A stretch of DNA of 64,000 bases from positions 1 through 64,000 of the forward strand of contig NIVC01002077.1 of NCBI GenBank assembly GCA_002269645.1, written 5' to 3'. This DNA comes from Macrostomum lignano (Eukaryota). Numbering within the stretch: position 1 is the stretch's first letter; each line of letters opens with the position of its first letter. The notes below the pieces were generated by a model that did no database searches, had not been told where the DNA came from, and saw only the letters and a program-made list of their open reading frames with translations. This document shows positions 1 through 12,715 of the stretch, in pieces. Position numbers and translations under genes: made by a program.

Positions 1-150
<150 letters not shown>

Positions 151-999
151 ACTGCCCCCAGCCAAGTCACATGCAGGGCTGCAATAATTACCAAGAAAGA
201 GAATGCGCTCCTCCATTCTACATAGGTAGAGATTGCAGTCTGGCCCAGACTTTAACTGCAAATAGACTTTTTGTAAAAGTCGACTCATTATTCAGTGTCG
301 CAATTGAATTTGTAAACTTTCGAGACTGAAATTAGGTGTAACTTTTATGACTAACTTTCTTCGCTTTGAAAGTTAATTTGGCCAAAGTGTTTGTTTAACC
401 TTTACGGCTTGAACTTTTGCTACTAAACCGACTGGCAGTAAAACAGATTTACGGCTCAAAACCAGCAGCAATTTCGCTGTGTGGTTTAAACAAAATTTGC
501 TCCGAATGAAAACATATTCGCGATTGGGCAAAATGGTTCTGGAGTCGAAAGGTAAACTTGCTCAAGTTAATTCCTAGTAGAAAAAGTACAAAAAGTGGCT
601 CGGGCTGCAACTTGCTGAGTTTTTTTCATCATGATCGTTGAGAAATATCTTGCCCAAGATTATTCGCATGAGCGATTAACTTCCTTCTGGTAGCGAGATT
701 AAGTGTGAAATTCCTTTTTGCTTTTTCTTGACTTAGGAAAAGGAATTGCGCAGATCGGCTTCTTAATTGTTTACCTATTCCAGGAAATATCGACTGTTGG
801 CTGAGTGAAAATGAGGAACTTCATTAAATCGAATACCCGATCTACGCTCGTACGTTCAAGTACACTATGAACGCGTGTCTCTTAGTCTTCAATGTATATT
901 ATAATAGATAGAAGTGTACGGTATAAAGATAATTATACAGACTCAGATGACGCTGTAGATGTTATTCCAAGTTTCAGGGAATAGTGAGTATGCAAAAAC

Positions 1000-1530
1000 T
1001 ATATAACGCTCAATCTAGGAGAAGAGGGTGAATGTCGTCTATGGGAATTTTGTAGAGAACGTGACTTCAATTTGTTTAAGTAAAGGAAATTCGTCAGCCT
1101 CCAGCATGCAGGTCATGTGTGTACACGAATCTGACCTCTTGTGCCACGTCACTATTCCGATCTCTATGAAGTCGTCGTGAATCCTTCAATGTAATGCACA
1201 AAGTCCCGTCAATCCGCTGACTCATTGTCTGCGTTGTCATATTCAGGAAAATCTGCAGGAAAATCTGCAACAAGCTTTCTTTGAGGGTCAGAGTCGCCTT
1301 CTCTTCCACAGACCTCGTCAGCGCACCGAGCATCTCATCAAAACTTTGGTCTCACTGCACCTCCACGCGCATTAAGATCAATCAAAGCCTCCAACACATC
1401 TCCTGATGATGTAATTGGCAGTTGTCTTCTTGGTGTCAAGTTCAATTGCGAGTTGTCTCCAGTCTCGTCCTTGTTTAAAACGTCGCACGAGTCTATAGCG
1501 ATCCACAGACAAAATTATCGTATAGGGCAT
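1000..1530 (-). pseudogene. Decayed IS630/Tc1/mariner-like transposase (N-terminal HTH region)
   Basis: Manual minus-strand translation from ATG at 1530, with frameshifts: MPYTIILSVDRYRLVRRFKQGRDWRQLAIELDTKKTTANYIIRR / NARGGAVRPK / FDEMLGALTRSVEEKATLTLKE...RIDGTLCITLK...RDRNSDVAQEVRFVY. The HTH, RGG..K, TLKE and L.TLK...RN pattern resembles IS630/Tc1-type transposases. Stops and frameshifts are present and the DDE core is not readable. Confidence 0.55.
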
Positions 1531-1825
1531 ATCTGACAACAAGCAAGGCATAATGATTTCAAGAAATTGGTCTAGTTTTCAATAGACGAGATTCACCCAC
1601 TGTCTTACCTAAATTTACCATAGACACCTTATTTTCTTACCTTCACAGATAGTGAAACAATTAGTTGAATAAATATAGTTGTTCTACTCGTAGTATCTGT
1701 GCTTACCATAGACAAAGCAAATACGTTTTCTGATCAGGATGTATCTGCACTGGCGGATTTCATTTACTCAGACAAATTCAAAGTTAAAATGATATAACAT
1801 GCATTCTCCGAAAGCAAAACACCAG

Positions 1826-3068
1826 GGGGGTGTTTCATAGACCGCTTGTCAGAGTTACAAGTGCGACAAGTGAGCAGTGAGTAGCGATTTCCGTTTCATA
1901 GAATTACAAGTGACAAGTGACAAGTGACAAGTTCTGACAAGTGACAAGTGACAAGTTCTGACAAGTGACAAGTGACAAGTTCTGACAAGTGACAAGTGAG
2001 TAGTGACAAGTGCTAGTTACAAGCGGTTTGTTTCTTGAAGACTGAGCAGCGTTTGATTTTCGACAAGCTTGAGTAGTCCCGCGAGATTTGACAAACTTGT
2101 AACTATCAGAGTTCGCTTCGCGTGGCAACATGTTCGATTCTGTTTCGGACTCTTTGGACGAAGCTATTGGCCACGTTGCATTGGCAAAGAGACCCAGAAT
2201 TTTTAAACCACGAATAAACTTTCAATTTGAGGATCGCGCCGATCATCACCAGTCACGATTTCGACTGACTGAGGAGGACGTGGTACTTTGATAGGACATC
2301 GCCTGCAGCACCCCACTCGAACGAATGTAGCTCTGGAGCCGTCACAGCAAGTGCGAATCGCCTTGCGCTACCTAGCGACCGGTGCGAATTATAGCACAAT
2401 TGCCGATGCTCATGGTGTATCGAAACCGACAGTGAGCAGAGCTACATGTACATGTATGCATCGAGTAGTGAGTGTGGTGAACGATCTGCTGCTGCCAGAG
2501 CTGGTGAAGTGGCCGGAGGGCGCCAACGCGAATCGACAGTCTGCTGAAGAGTTCCGAGACATTGCTGGCCTGCCATGTGTGCTTGGCTGCATCGACGGCA
2601 TCCATGTACGAATAATGAAACCAAGTGTCAATCCGGAGCAGTATGTGAATCGCCACGGTAATGCTTCCGTGAATGTGATGCTAGTGTGTGACCCCAATCA
2701 TCGATTCTTACGTGTCCGCAAGGTGGCCTGGGGCAGTGAATGACGCCAGGGTTTTTCTGAGAAGCACACTGCAAGAACTGCTGGGTGCTGGATGGCGACC
2801 TCACCCAAATGGCTATCTCCTTGGTGACAGCGCCTATCCGAACAGAGACTATTTGTTGACACCCCTGCCAGTGGCCAACACACATCAGGAGGCGGCGTAC
2901 AACCGTGATGTTTGGCCCATAGATATTTAGTTCACTACTCAGTCAGCTTGTAACTTGTCACTAGATTAACAAATCAGTCCATGAAACAAAAATCTGTAGC
3001 ACTTGTAATTTTTTAACTTGTCACTTGTCACTATTCACTTGTAGCTTGTCAAATCTATGAAACACCCT
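1826..3068 (+). mobile_element. PIF/Harbinger DNA transposon, non-autonomous (3'-deleted transposase, no Myb-like partner gene)
   Basis: TIR core GGGTGTTTCATAGA at 1828-1841, reverse complement at 3054-3067. CAG target-site duplication at 1823-1825 and 3069-3071. TGACAAG subterminal repeats at both ends in inverted orientation. Internal Harbinger transposase remnant. Confidence 0.9.
2130..2930 (+). pseudogene. Harbinger (HARBI1-like) DDE transposase, two frameshifts, C-terminus missing
   Basis: ATG at 2130 (MFDSVSD...RFRLT), frameshift near 2285, then ALRYLATG..YSTIADAHGVSKPTVSR and GCIDGIHVRI..P, frameshift near 2710, then YVSARWPGAVNDARVF and LLGDSAYP..YLLTP...EAAYN. The sequence stops before the expected third catalytic acidic residue. 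Confidence 0.92.
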
Positions 3069-4415
3069 CAGATCTTCTGGAAGTGAAAGCTTCCAGACAA
3101 GTGATCCAGGCTAAGTGAGATACATAATTTGATTTTTTCCAACTCCCACAGAAATTATCCCGTGTAACAATTTCGCTGCTCATTGGTATCGTGCCGCGCA
3201 AAAGTACAACCCACAATAAAATGGCGCGCAAATATAGAAGGCGCGCCCGTCCAGAATCTGGGGTTCCGCGCCTACATATGGGTACTTTTATTGCAGACTG
3301 GCGGCATAAAAGTTGAATTGTCGTGGGAATGGAAGGCTGACCTTGCGTGTTCCAGACAGAGATCAACTACCTTCTCGTGGAAGAGGAGTCTGGACTCGGA
3401 AGAGAAGTTGCAGACGTCGCAGTACTGAAGTCTGGCCCAGAACTGGGCCGGATGAGTTCGGAGTGATACGGTTCAACAGTGCAGACTTGTCTCATTCACG
3501 CTACTTCGCAGAAAGTCACAGACCACAGGCCGCAACTTTGTTCCCTCATTTAGCTTTGACATTTTGTGTTCGAATTTAGAATTGTTCACTTGCTTTCGAA
3601 AATCATCATTGAAATTTTGCTATTGCTTTATTATTATTGTGTTTAACTTGTGTGTAAGTCAGGAAGTGTACTATAGCTCACGCAAGATATTAAGTCCGGT
3701 ACTCCTTGCCAAATTTAAATGTGGCGCTCCAGAGGTCTGTTCTAATCCAGGGTTCTGCAGTTGTGCAGCAACACTTTGTCTTGTCTCGACAACAGCCTGA
3801 AACAACACGGAGCTTTGGCGGTCAAGGCAAGGTTTGGGACGGAACGGAACGGAGCAGTGTAGCGGTTAACTCACATTACTCGCGTGCGACGACACCTGGT
3901 TCAATTTCATGCGATTCACCAGAAAATTCTCATCTCATTCTCGTCTGAAGGATGACATTGAGGCTGCAATTTTGTCGAGATGGGAGGGAGCTTTCATGGC
4001 CTTTGGTAGCTTTTTATCTCAGCAATTAATTCTCGATCACCCACTTCGTGCCTTGAGGGGACCTTCGTTCCTAAACGCCTACGATTCTAGGCCCTGACTT
4101 TCTAATCGTCCAGGCATGTACGCTCTCCGTGCCTTGGAGATTGGCCCTCATAGGTGTGAATCGCTCGACCACGACACAAGCAGGCATCTCTGAGAACTGC
4201 TACATGTACATGATCGTGTCCAAAAGGGCACTAAAAAGCTTGGTATACTCGTATGATGTTGAACGATCGGCCTCAACGTTTTTAGGTGTTGTCCGGGAGC
4301 AACTGCTAAACTTTTTGAAGTATTATGCATAGAAAACTTTACTGTAAGACGCCTCAAAACAGTCAGTATCAGTATGATAAAAGAGAATGTGAACTTAAGA
4401 GTCCAAATGGAGCCC

Positions 4416-5097
4416 GAAATATCCGGTCCTGATTTCTCTACGCCAGTCCCTTCATTTGGAGCTTCAACTGCTTGAATGACGAGATGACCATGATAAACGC
4501 TCTTTTTATGTTTGTATGAAGACAAGGAGCGATAGTAATGTCATGTTATGCCTCCATTATGTTATCTCTTAATAATGTTTGTTATCCCCCGCCCCCACCC
4601 CAGCTCATTCAGCGTTTTTGTGAACGAGTGCTTCATTCTGCCTATCCACTCGTTGTACATCGTTGTACATCGTTGGTGCTTATTACCTTATCACGTGATT
4701 AATCTACTTTCTTGACGAAAAATACACTGAAAAAATTTCTCAAGACATATTGAGGCTTTGATTTGCGTAAAACCACAGCTTGGAACGTTCACCATTCTTC
4801 AGTAACTCCTAAACGTACATGCCCTGAATCATTCTCATGCAACTAACGTCAAGTTTTTAGTACAATGTTTCATTAATGGCTATATACTAGAGGGTCCTGA
4901 GAAAAAAACACAATGAAAACAAACCTAAACTCAAAATAACACAGGGAGATTTTCCGATCACATGAAATCCCCATTCATCCCATTTCTCCCCATCGAGATA
5001 CCCAAATGCTAAAGTGGTCGGTTTTAGACATAACGGGAGTTATTTGACGCCATGAAAATGAAGAGATTGGCTTAGAGAAATCAGGACCGGATGTTTC
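4416..5097. repeat. 42-bp inverted repeat pair (4416-4457 / 5056-5097) bracketing about 600 bp of AT-rich DNA; possible MITE remnant
   Basis: GAAATATCCGGTCCTGATTTCTCTACGCCAGTCCCTTCATTT versus the reverse complement of 5056-5097 shows 38/42 identity. No TSD was identified. Confidence 0.6.
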
Positions 5098-6002
5098 CGA
5101 CTTCCGATTCTGACACTTAAGTTCACAGCCTCGTTTCTTCGTATGACAACAGTATGGCGACAATCTGCTTCCTTCAACATTACCAGCAGGGTTAAAGTTA
5201 CTCGCATTTCTTTACTTGTTTTAAAAACGAATCAATAATCCCTATCTCTGGATGAGTCCTTCGATAAATGAACTAACAAAAGCTGCTTTGGAAGTGCAGC
5301 TTGCATGCAATGATGATGACTTTCTTGTGCTTTCAAAACGTTCTTAATAACCGACCTTAAAAGTCAGTAAAGGGCCGATTCACCATCGAGTCTTGGTATA
5401 TTGTTGTAGCAAAAAAGAAGAAAGGCAAAAACCATAAAAATGAATCTATTAAGATAAGCGAAAAATAATATTTAGGAAACTACTCTCAGTAGGGATGAAA
5501 GCTAATAAGTGTCGGAAAGTACCCAAACTTGAAATAACGAGAGTACTTAGTTGGGTCAGAGAAGCAGAATTAGCGAGGGTCGCGCTGCTCGTTTTTTGAA
5601 ACTTTCAAACTTTTTCGAAGGTTCAGTGCATAGTGTAGTATGATGACGTGATCAGTACAAGCTGGCTTGTTCCAGTAACCACCGGTCCTGTCTCAGTAGC
5701 AACGCATACTGATTTCATAACTGTGAATTTGATAGCCATCATGAGCTCAGTAAGTTTCCATGTAAAACGAATGTGACTAGCAAAATAGCAAAAATGAAAT
5801 GAACTCTGTGTGAGAGAAATTTTCTTCCAGCAACGAATTCAAAATGATAGGAAATTAATGAATAAAAAACTAAAAAAAATGATGGCAGATTTCTCAAGCA
5901 GGAGCTAAAACAGGAGAGAGAGGAGCGCCAGGAGAAAAACGTTCGAGCAGGGGGATGGCGACAAAGCTGCTTCAACACAGCTCAAATCGTTGTCAAAAAT
6001 CT

Positions 6003-8668
6003 TCACTCAGCTCCACCATTGGCGAGCACGGACGGCAGGCGAAGCAGTTTCCCAAACTCTACGGCGAAATGCTCGTGCTCCGGAGCGCTCGCCAGTTCGT
6101 CGATCGGCGCCCGACCAAAGTTGTCGGCCCGCCTCGGATCGGCGCCGGCTTGCAGCAGTAGCCTGGCGGCGTCCAGTCGTCGGTAGCGCACGGCCAGGTG
6201 CAGCGGTCGTCTGCCATCGTAGTCGGCGACGTCGGCTGACACTCCCGCTGCCAGATAGCCTTCGATGCCTTTGACGTCGCCAACAGCTGCGTAGCTGCAC
6301 AGCTGACTGCCAATGGTTTGAGGATTTACGGTTGACAGGTGAGCGCCGGTGTCGATTAGTTTGCGGATTACGTCCGTGTGGCCGCGTTGCATGGCGATTT
6401 GCAGAGGTGTGTGCCCGTCCGAGTCGACGTAGTTGACGAGAGCGCCGCTAGACAGCAGCAGCTCGGCACAGGCGGCGCTGCCAAAGAGGGCTGCGTAGTG
6501 CAGTGGAGTGCGGCCCAAGCAGTCCGTCACCTGGAAGTGAACGAAAGCGATGTCGAATCTGCAGAAGGCATTGACGCTGCTACCGAACGGAATTTACAAA
6601 GCACGGAAACTAAAGTAGGACTTCGCGAGCTATGTAATTATGTAACTAGCTAATCAACCTCGAAAGAAACATAGACTAGATTTTTTTACTTTTGAATTTC
6701 AGAAGGAGAGGTGCTAGAAACAGATAACTTCAAATATCGCTAATGCATTTCGCGTTGCCAGGCTCCAGTGAAATTTGCACGATTCGCGATTGCAACGTCT
6801 TTTGAAGTGGTTAGTTGTTAGTGGTGGCGGTTAGTAGTTTTTTAATCTGCATCGTGTTAGCAATGACAAGGTAGGACTATATAATCTGCTTAGTAGGACT
6901 AACTGAATGAAGAGTGGGCGCAGATACATTCATGTCAGGTGTAAGTCTCCAACCTGAAAGTGTCCTGCCATGTTGCCCAGACTCTTAAGGTACTCTAGAT
7001 TCGCCTCTTTTACCGCCGCTGCCATTAACGCCGGCAGGAATTCGTCTCGAATCGTAGTGGCATCCTCGTCGACGGGCAGGTTGAACGCATCGGCCAGCAG
7101 GGAAAGCAGCCGCTTGTTCATCGCGCTATCGTCCGAGTGGACCGTGGGATCGTGCAGCTCTCCGCGGAGGCATTTTTGCATTGCCTTGAATTTGCGTTCG
7201 AGGCTCCAGGACTTGCCGCAGACGTACATCAGCTTGGCTACCGCCGCCTCAGCTGTCATGTCGTGACCCGGGCATACACCGATGTCGTACAACATTTTAC
7301 CTGTGAAAATGGGAAGGTATCAGTCAGACCAGTCAACATTTTGTCACCTGCTTGTACATGCTCTTTCAAAAGTACAATTTAGTTCAAGACAAACCTGTGG
7401 CATAGAGACCCATCACGGCGCCCTTCTGGCACTGGGTGATGTTGACAATGATGACACCGCGGGCAACAGCTTTTTTGAAGACGTCGATAACATCCTGACG
7501 GAGTACCGGAATATTTCCGGCGCCGTAGGATTGCAACACGACGCCTTCGATTGGCGGCGCCATGCAGGCAGCGATGGTTGTCGGCGAGAGCGCAGGAAAC
7601 AGGCGCAGAATGGTGACATTCGAGGAGAGCGTGGTGCTCACCTGGAACGGTTGCAGCTTCATTGGCTTCAGTACGAGAGGCCAGTTTACCTCGATGTTTA
7701 GACCAAGCGTAGCCAAAGGCGCCAAGTTCGGGCTTTGAAAGGCCCTGAATGCAGTCGAGCTGACCTTAGTGACGCGGTTTCCGCGGTACAGATTGTTGTC
7801 AAAGAACACGGTGGCCTCTGGGATAGAGAAGTGTCCGGCAATCTGAAGGGCACCTGTGTAATATCAAGAAAGGATTTACTTCAAGCAAATTATGCAGCGT
7901 ACGCAAGTTTAATATAGACATCAGCTTCAAACTTGTAACTTGTTTTGAAGTCCTGAAAATACGGCAATTTGAAAGGCTAGAGCACAATTTTGTATTCACC
8001 CCTCTATCGCCAAAAAGGTTACCATTGCACAAGAAGCATGCAGATTGCAGATTTTTTCCGCTCTCTTCTCTTTCTTCTCCTGTACAGGAAAACTGTCACT
8101 CACAGTACAGGCACTATTTTTATAGTTGCCGCAATGTACTTTGCCTCCGCTAAGAGTTCGGTTGAACTGTAGACTCACCAAGGAAGTTGTCCCGACCGTC
8201 GCTGCGAATCTCAAAAATAGGAATCTGAGCTCCGGTGATAACCACCGTCTTGCCAAGGTTTTCGAACATGAATGACAGCACGGACGCCGTGTACGCCAGA
8301 GTGTCCGTGCCGTGTAGGATGATAAATCCGTCGTACTGCTTATAGTTGGCGCTCACATCCTGCGCAATTCGAATGTAGTCGCTGGAGCTGATGTCGCACG
8401 AGTCGATCACCGGGTCGTATTCGACAATGCGGTAGGCAATGGCCGGCTCTGTCTGCGGTAGCAGCATGAAATCGCCAATCTTGTTGCTCACCCGCTTATC
8501 GTGAAACAGGTCGCTTTCTCTTAGCGAGGACTCGAAATAGTGCGGCACGGCCTCGTAGCCTTTGCCCAGGTCTTTCATGCCAATGGTGCCGCCAGTGTAC
8601 AGCACCAGCACTTTGCGGGCCGAGAAGAGCGGATCCGTGGACATCTCGGTGGACATTTCGGTGGACAT
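6003..8668 (-). CDS. ASPG: L-asparaginase / 60-kDa lysophospholipase type with C-terminal ankyrin repeats; exons complement(8179-8668, 7395-7853, 6954-7300, 6003-6530), about 607 aa
   Basis: Type I asparaginase motifs VLYTGGTIGM, ILHGTDTLAY, TGAQIP, RGNRVTKV, LQSYGAGN, NITQC, DMTAEAAVAKL; ankyrin repeats GRTPLHYAA, GHTPLQIA, DYDGRRPLHLA. All introns are GT-AG with consistent phases (1,1,0); total 1824 nt, in frame. Confidence 0.95.
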
Positions 8669-9424
8669 TTCGCCGTTGATTTTGAGTCTCCCAAGTAGAT
8701 TTGGTAAAACCTAAACATAAAAGTATATCTAATGACTTTGAAGAAGTCCTTTTAGCTTTTGAATCATGCAGTTCGAGACTCTTGGCGGGTCTGAGGGGGC
8801 GTGGGTTATGGGTTTGTAGACTACGGGGTTGGAAACCGGTTTTAGCTGGATGGCTCTGAGTGGCTGCTGCTGGTGGGGGGGGGGTTGTGCTGGCGGGCCG
8901 GGTGGAGGGGCCGGGGGGTTGGTGGGTCAAGCTCGCACAGCAGGCAGCTAGAAAACCAATGTACACTCTCTGAGACGTAGGACCCACCTCCCCCCGATGA
9001 ACGCGCCAGGGCGCCCATTTGACCTTCTTAGGGCAGCGGCCTGAGTCTTCTATTTCAGGCAATTCCCGTGACTACCCGAAAAGCTGGCAAAGCCCGGGCC
9101 AAGCCAGCTGATTTTTCTGTCTGTTTAACTGCTGCCGACAAACGAAGGCGGTTTTAACCGCCACCAACTGCGGCTTGCTGCCTCCGAATTCCTGCGTGGC
9201 ACGTTGACCGCCTCTCGAACAGCAAATGGTAGCTTTGACTCAGCCCCAGACCTAATTGTCAATGCAGAGGAAATTTACAAAATTTTGCTAAATTGCGTGG
9301 GCTGTTTCTCTCAATTTTCCACTGAGATAATAAAATTAGGATAGTTCGGAAAGACTGAGGCCACTTTGAAGACTGGGAACTGTTTTTTTAGCGAATTCCG
9401 TCTTTAGCGACGAAGGGAAGGGTT

Positions 9425-10537
9425 TGACACACCCCAATTGGGCGCATCTGACACACCACAATTGGCGAAACTGACACACCACAATTGGCGAAACTGACAC
9501 ACCACAATTGGCGAAACTGACACACCCCAATTGGGCGCATCTGACACACCACAATTGGCGAAACTGACACACCCCAATTGGGCGCATCTGACACACCACA
9601 ATTGGCGAAACTGACACAACACAAATAGCGCAACTGACACGTCTGCATTGGTCCTGACACACTCGAATTTCTTCTCCTGACACTCGATTTGGTTCTCCTG
9701 ACACACTCAAATTGGTTTTCCTGACACACTCCTGTCTCCTGTCAGCAAATCGGTTTATCTGACACACTCAAATCGGTTTACCTGACACACTCAAATCGGT
9801 TTACCTGACACACTCAAATCGGTTTACCTGACACACTCAAATCGGTTTACCTGACACACTCGAATTTCTTCTCCTGACATACTCGAATTGCTTCTCCTGA
9901 CACACTCGAATTGCTTCTCCTGACACACTCGAATTGCTTCTCCTGGCACACTCGAATTAATTGGTTTACCTGACACACTCGAATTGGTTCTTCTGACACA
10001 CTCGAATTGGTTTACTTGACACACTCGAATTGGTTTGCCTGAAACACCCGAATTGGTTTACCTGAAACGCTCGAATCGGTTTATCTGACACATCGAATTG
10101 GTTTACCTGACACACTCGAATTGGTTTACCTGAAACGCTCGAATCGGTTTATCTGACACATCGAATTGGTTTACCTGACACACTCGAATTGGTTTACCTG
10201 ACACACTCGAATTGGTTTACCTGACACACTCGAATTGGTTTACCTGACACACTGGTATTGGTTTACCTGACACACCCGAATTGGTTTACCTGACACACCC
10301 GAATTGGTTTGCCTGACACACCCGAATTGGTTTACCTGACACACCCGAATTGGTTTGCCTGACACACTCGAATTGGTTTGCCTGACACACCCGAATTGGT
10401 TTACCTGACACACTCGAATTGGTTTACCTGACACACTCGAATTGGTTTGCCTGACACACCCGAATTGGTTTACCTGACACACTCGAATTGGTTTACCTGA
10501 CACACCCGAATTGGTTTACCTGAAACACCCGAATTGG
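9425..10537. repeat. Compound 23-24-nt minisatellite (CTGACACACC...ATTGG family)
   Basis: Units such as ACACACCACAATTGGCGAAACTG, followed by CTGACACACTCGAATTGGTTTAC variants. No unique spacers. Confidence 0.92.
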
Positions 10538-11134
10538 GTTGCCTGCAACACCCGCATTTCGCTTTTTTGTGGCCAAAAATGCAGTCCAAGTTGATTCTAA
10601 AGTTTCTATAGTTTACAGTTTTTTAATTCTTTGTCAGGTGGCGCATTTGAATACCATTGCAACTGTTTTCAAATATCTTCTGAGCATTGGAGTAAGTTTG
10701 GATTGGAATGGAACTCCCCCCCCCCCTTAAATGGAAATTTCCAGCCGACTGACTGAATAAACTATTTTTTTATGCTGCAGAAGTGCATTTCTTTAACTAG
10801 CCGCTCCACTTGTGCAAAGAACTGCAATTCCATATAGTTAATGACTAAGAGCGCACAACATTGTTCGGTCCTCTTTGCCTTTAGAATGGCGCCACTTGCT
10901 CCTTACAGAATTGACCTCCACTTAAATTGAAGCAGATCTGGCATACAGTGCGACTGAGTTGGGTTGCAAGTCTTCTTACTCAGACCTGTTTGACCAACTG
11001 CGGAGAGTCGCCCATTGCTCACCCGACTCATTTTTGCACTTTTAGTTGACAAATAGTTCTTATGACACGGTTGCAGAAATTTGCAGTATCTTGGTGCTAA
11101 AACAGAGCCACAAAGAAGCAGTATCAAGGTCCTG

Positions 11135-11510
11135 AAAGAATCCTGAAATCCTGCAAGAATCCCAAAATCCTGCAAGAATCCCGAAATCCTGCAAGAATAT
11201 CGAAGTCATGCAAGAATCCCGAAATCCTGCAAGAATATCGAAGTCATGCAAGAATCCTGAAATTCTGTGAGAATCCCGAAATCCTGCAAGAATCTCGAAA
11301 TCCTGCAAGAATATCGAAGTAATGCAAGAATTCCGAAATCCTGCAAGAATCCCGAAATCCTGCAAGAATCTCGAAGTCATGCAAGAATCTCAAAATCCTG
11401 CAAGAATATCGAAGTAATGCAAGAATCCAGAAATCCTGCAAGAATCCCGAAGTCCTGCAAGAATCCCGAAATCCTGCAAGAATCCCGAAGTCCTGCAAGA
11501 ATCCCGAAAA
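11135..11510. repeat. 19-nt minisatellite (GAATCCCGAAATCCTGCAA)n
   Basis: Direct tandem units; an inverted counterpart begins at about 63900. Confidence 0.92.
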
Positions 11511-12232
11511 CCCAAAGATGAAATCGACATTTGCAATTAAGTTAAAAAGGTTTAACACTCTACTTCAATGACCCGCCCCGACTGTGTTAATAAGAAAATT
11601 CTGATAAGAAAATTCTGATAAGAAAATTCTGATAAGAAGTCGTATTGTCAGCGATTTGTGCCTCTAGACTGTTGGGCATTCGTACCTTTTATCAGCAAAT
11701 TGTACAACTTAATTGAAGGCTTATATTGGCCCATATTGCACAATATATTGCTGTGCATGTTTGGGTACATACAGATCTCCGAAGTTCACTGTCCAAAAAA
11801 TACTTTATTCAAGGTTGTGCATGTACTCGATTTGCTACTTATTTCAGCTGCTACCGTGCTTGTCAGTAGTGTAAATAGTAAAGTGCTATGCAATTTTTAA
11901 TTTAAAAAAATATTCTTTTCTTTTAGTGCACTGGAATCCACTTCGTGGAATTTTAATCAATATATTTTGATTAAGACCAGCTCTTTTCTTTGAGAGCTTT
12001 CAATTTAGACCTTTAACACGCCTGAAAAGGCCCTATTAAATTCGAATTTCAAAAAAGAAAAGACTGCGCATCAAAGGAAGTGCTCAAAGGAAGTGCTCAT
12101 TTGTTTGAATTGCTTTCTATTGATTATCAATGATGAAAAGGAACTGCTTATTTAGCTAAACCTTTGTGTGGTGCTTCAAATGGTTGGCGCTTAAAGAAAT
12201 AAGTTAGAAGACGCTCACAAGGAATCGAGGTC

Positions 12233-12715
12233 GCCCACCAAGAGACAAGGGCACCCACCAAGAGACAGGGGCGCCCACCAAGAGACAGGGGCGCCCACCA
12301 AGAGACAGGGGGCCCACCAAGAGACAGGGGGCCCACCAAGAGACAGGGGGCCCACCAAGAGACAGGGGCGCCCACCAAGAGACAGGGGCGCCCACCAAGA
12401 GACAGGGGGCCCACCAAGAGACAGGGGGCCCACCAAGAGACGGGGCGCCCACCAAGAGACAGGGGCGTAAAAAAGAGACAGGGGCGCCCACCAAGAAACA
12501 AGTGGACCCATCAAGAGACAGGGACGCCCACCACGAGACAAGTGGACCCACCAAGAGACAGGGCACCCACCAAGAGACGGGGCACCCACCAAGAGACAGG
12601 GGCGCCCACCAAGAGACGGGGCACCCACCAAGAGACAGGGGCGCCCACCAAGAGACGGGGCACCCACCAAGAGACAGGGCGCCCACCAAGAGACAGGGGC
12701 GCGTACCAGGAGACA
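12233..12715. repeat. 20-nt GC-rich minisatellite (CACCAAGAGACAGGGGCGCC)n
   Basis: About 24 tandem units; the mirror copy at 62335-63135 is longer. Confidence 0.93.

Noticed and set aside
1094-1333. 79-aa minus-strand ORF as the Myb/SANT partner of the Harbinger element
   Set aside because: It lies outside the TIR/TSD-defined element, has no Trp-spaced Myb pattern, and fits better as part of an IS630/Tc1-like relic.
3183-4332. Short ORFs, including a DVERS motif reminiscent of hAT dimerisation domains
   Set aside because: A single short motif with many stops and no other transposase features; unsupported without a database search.
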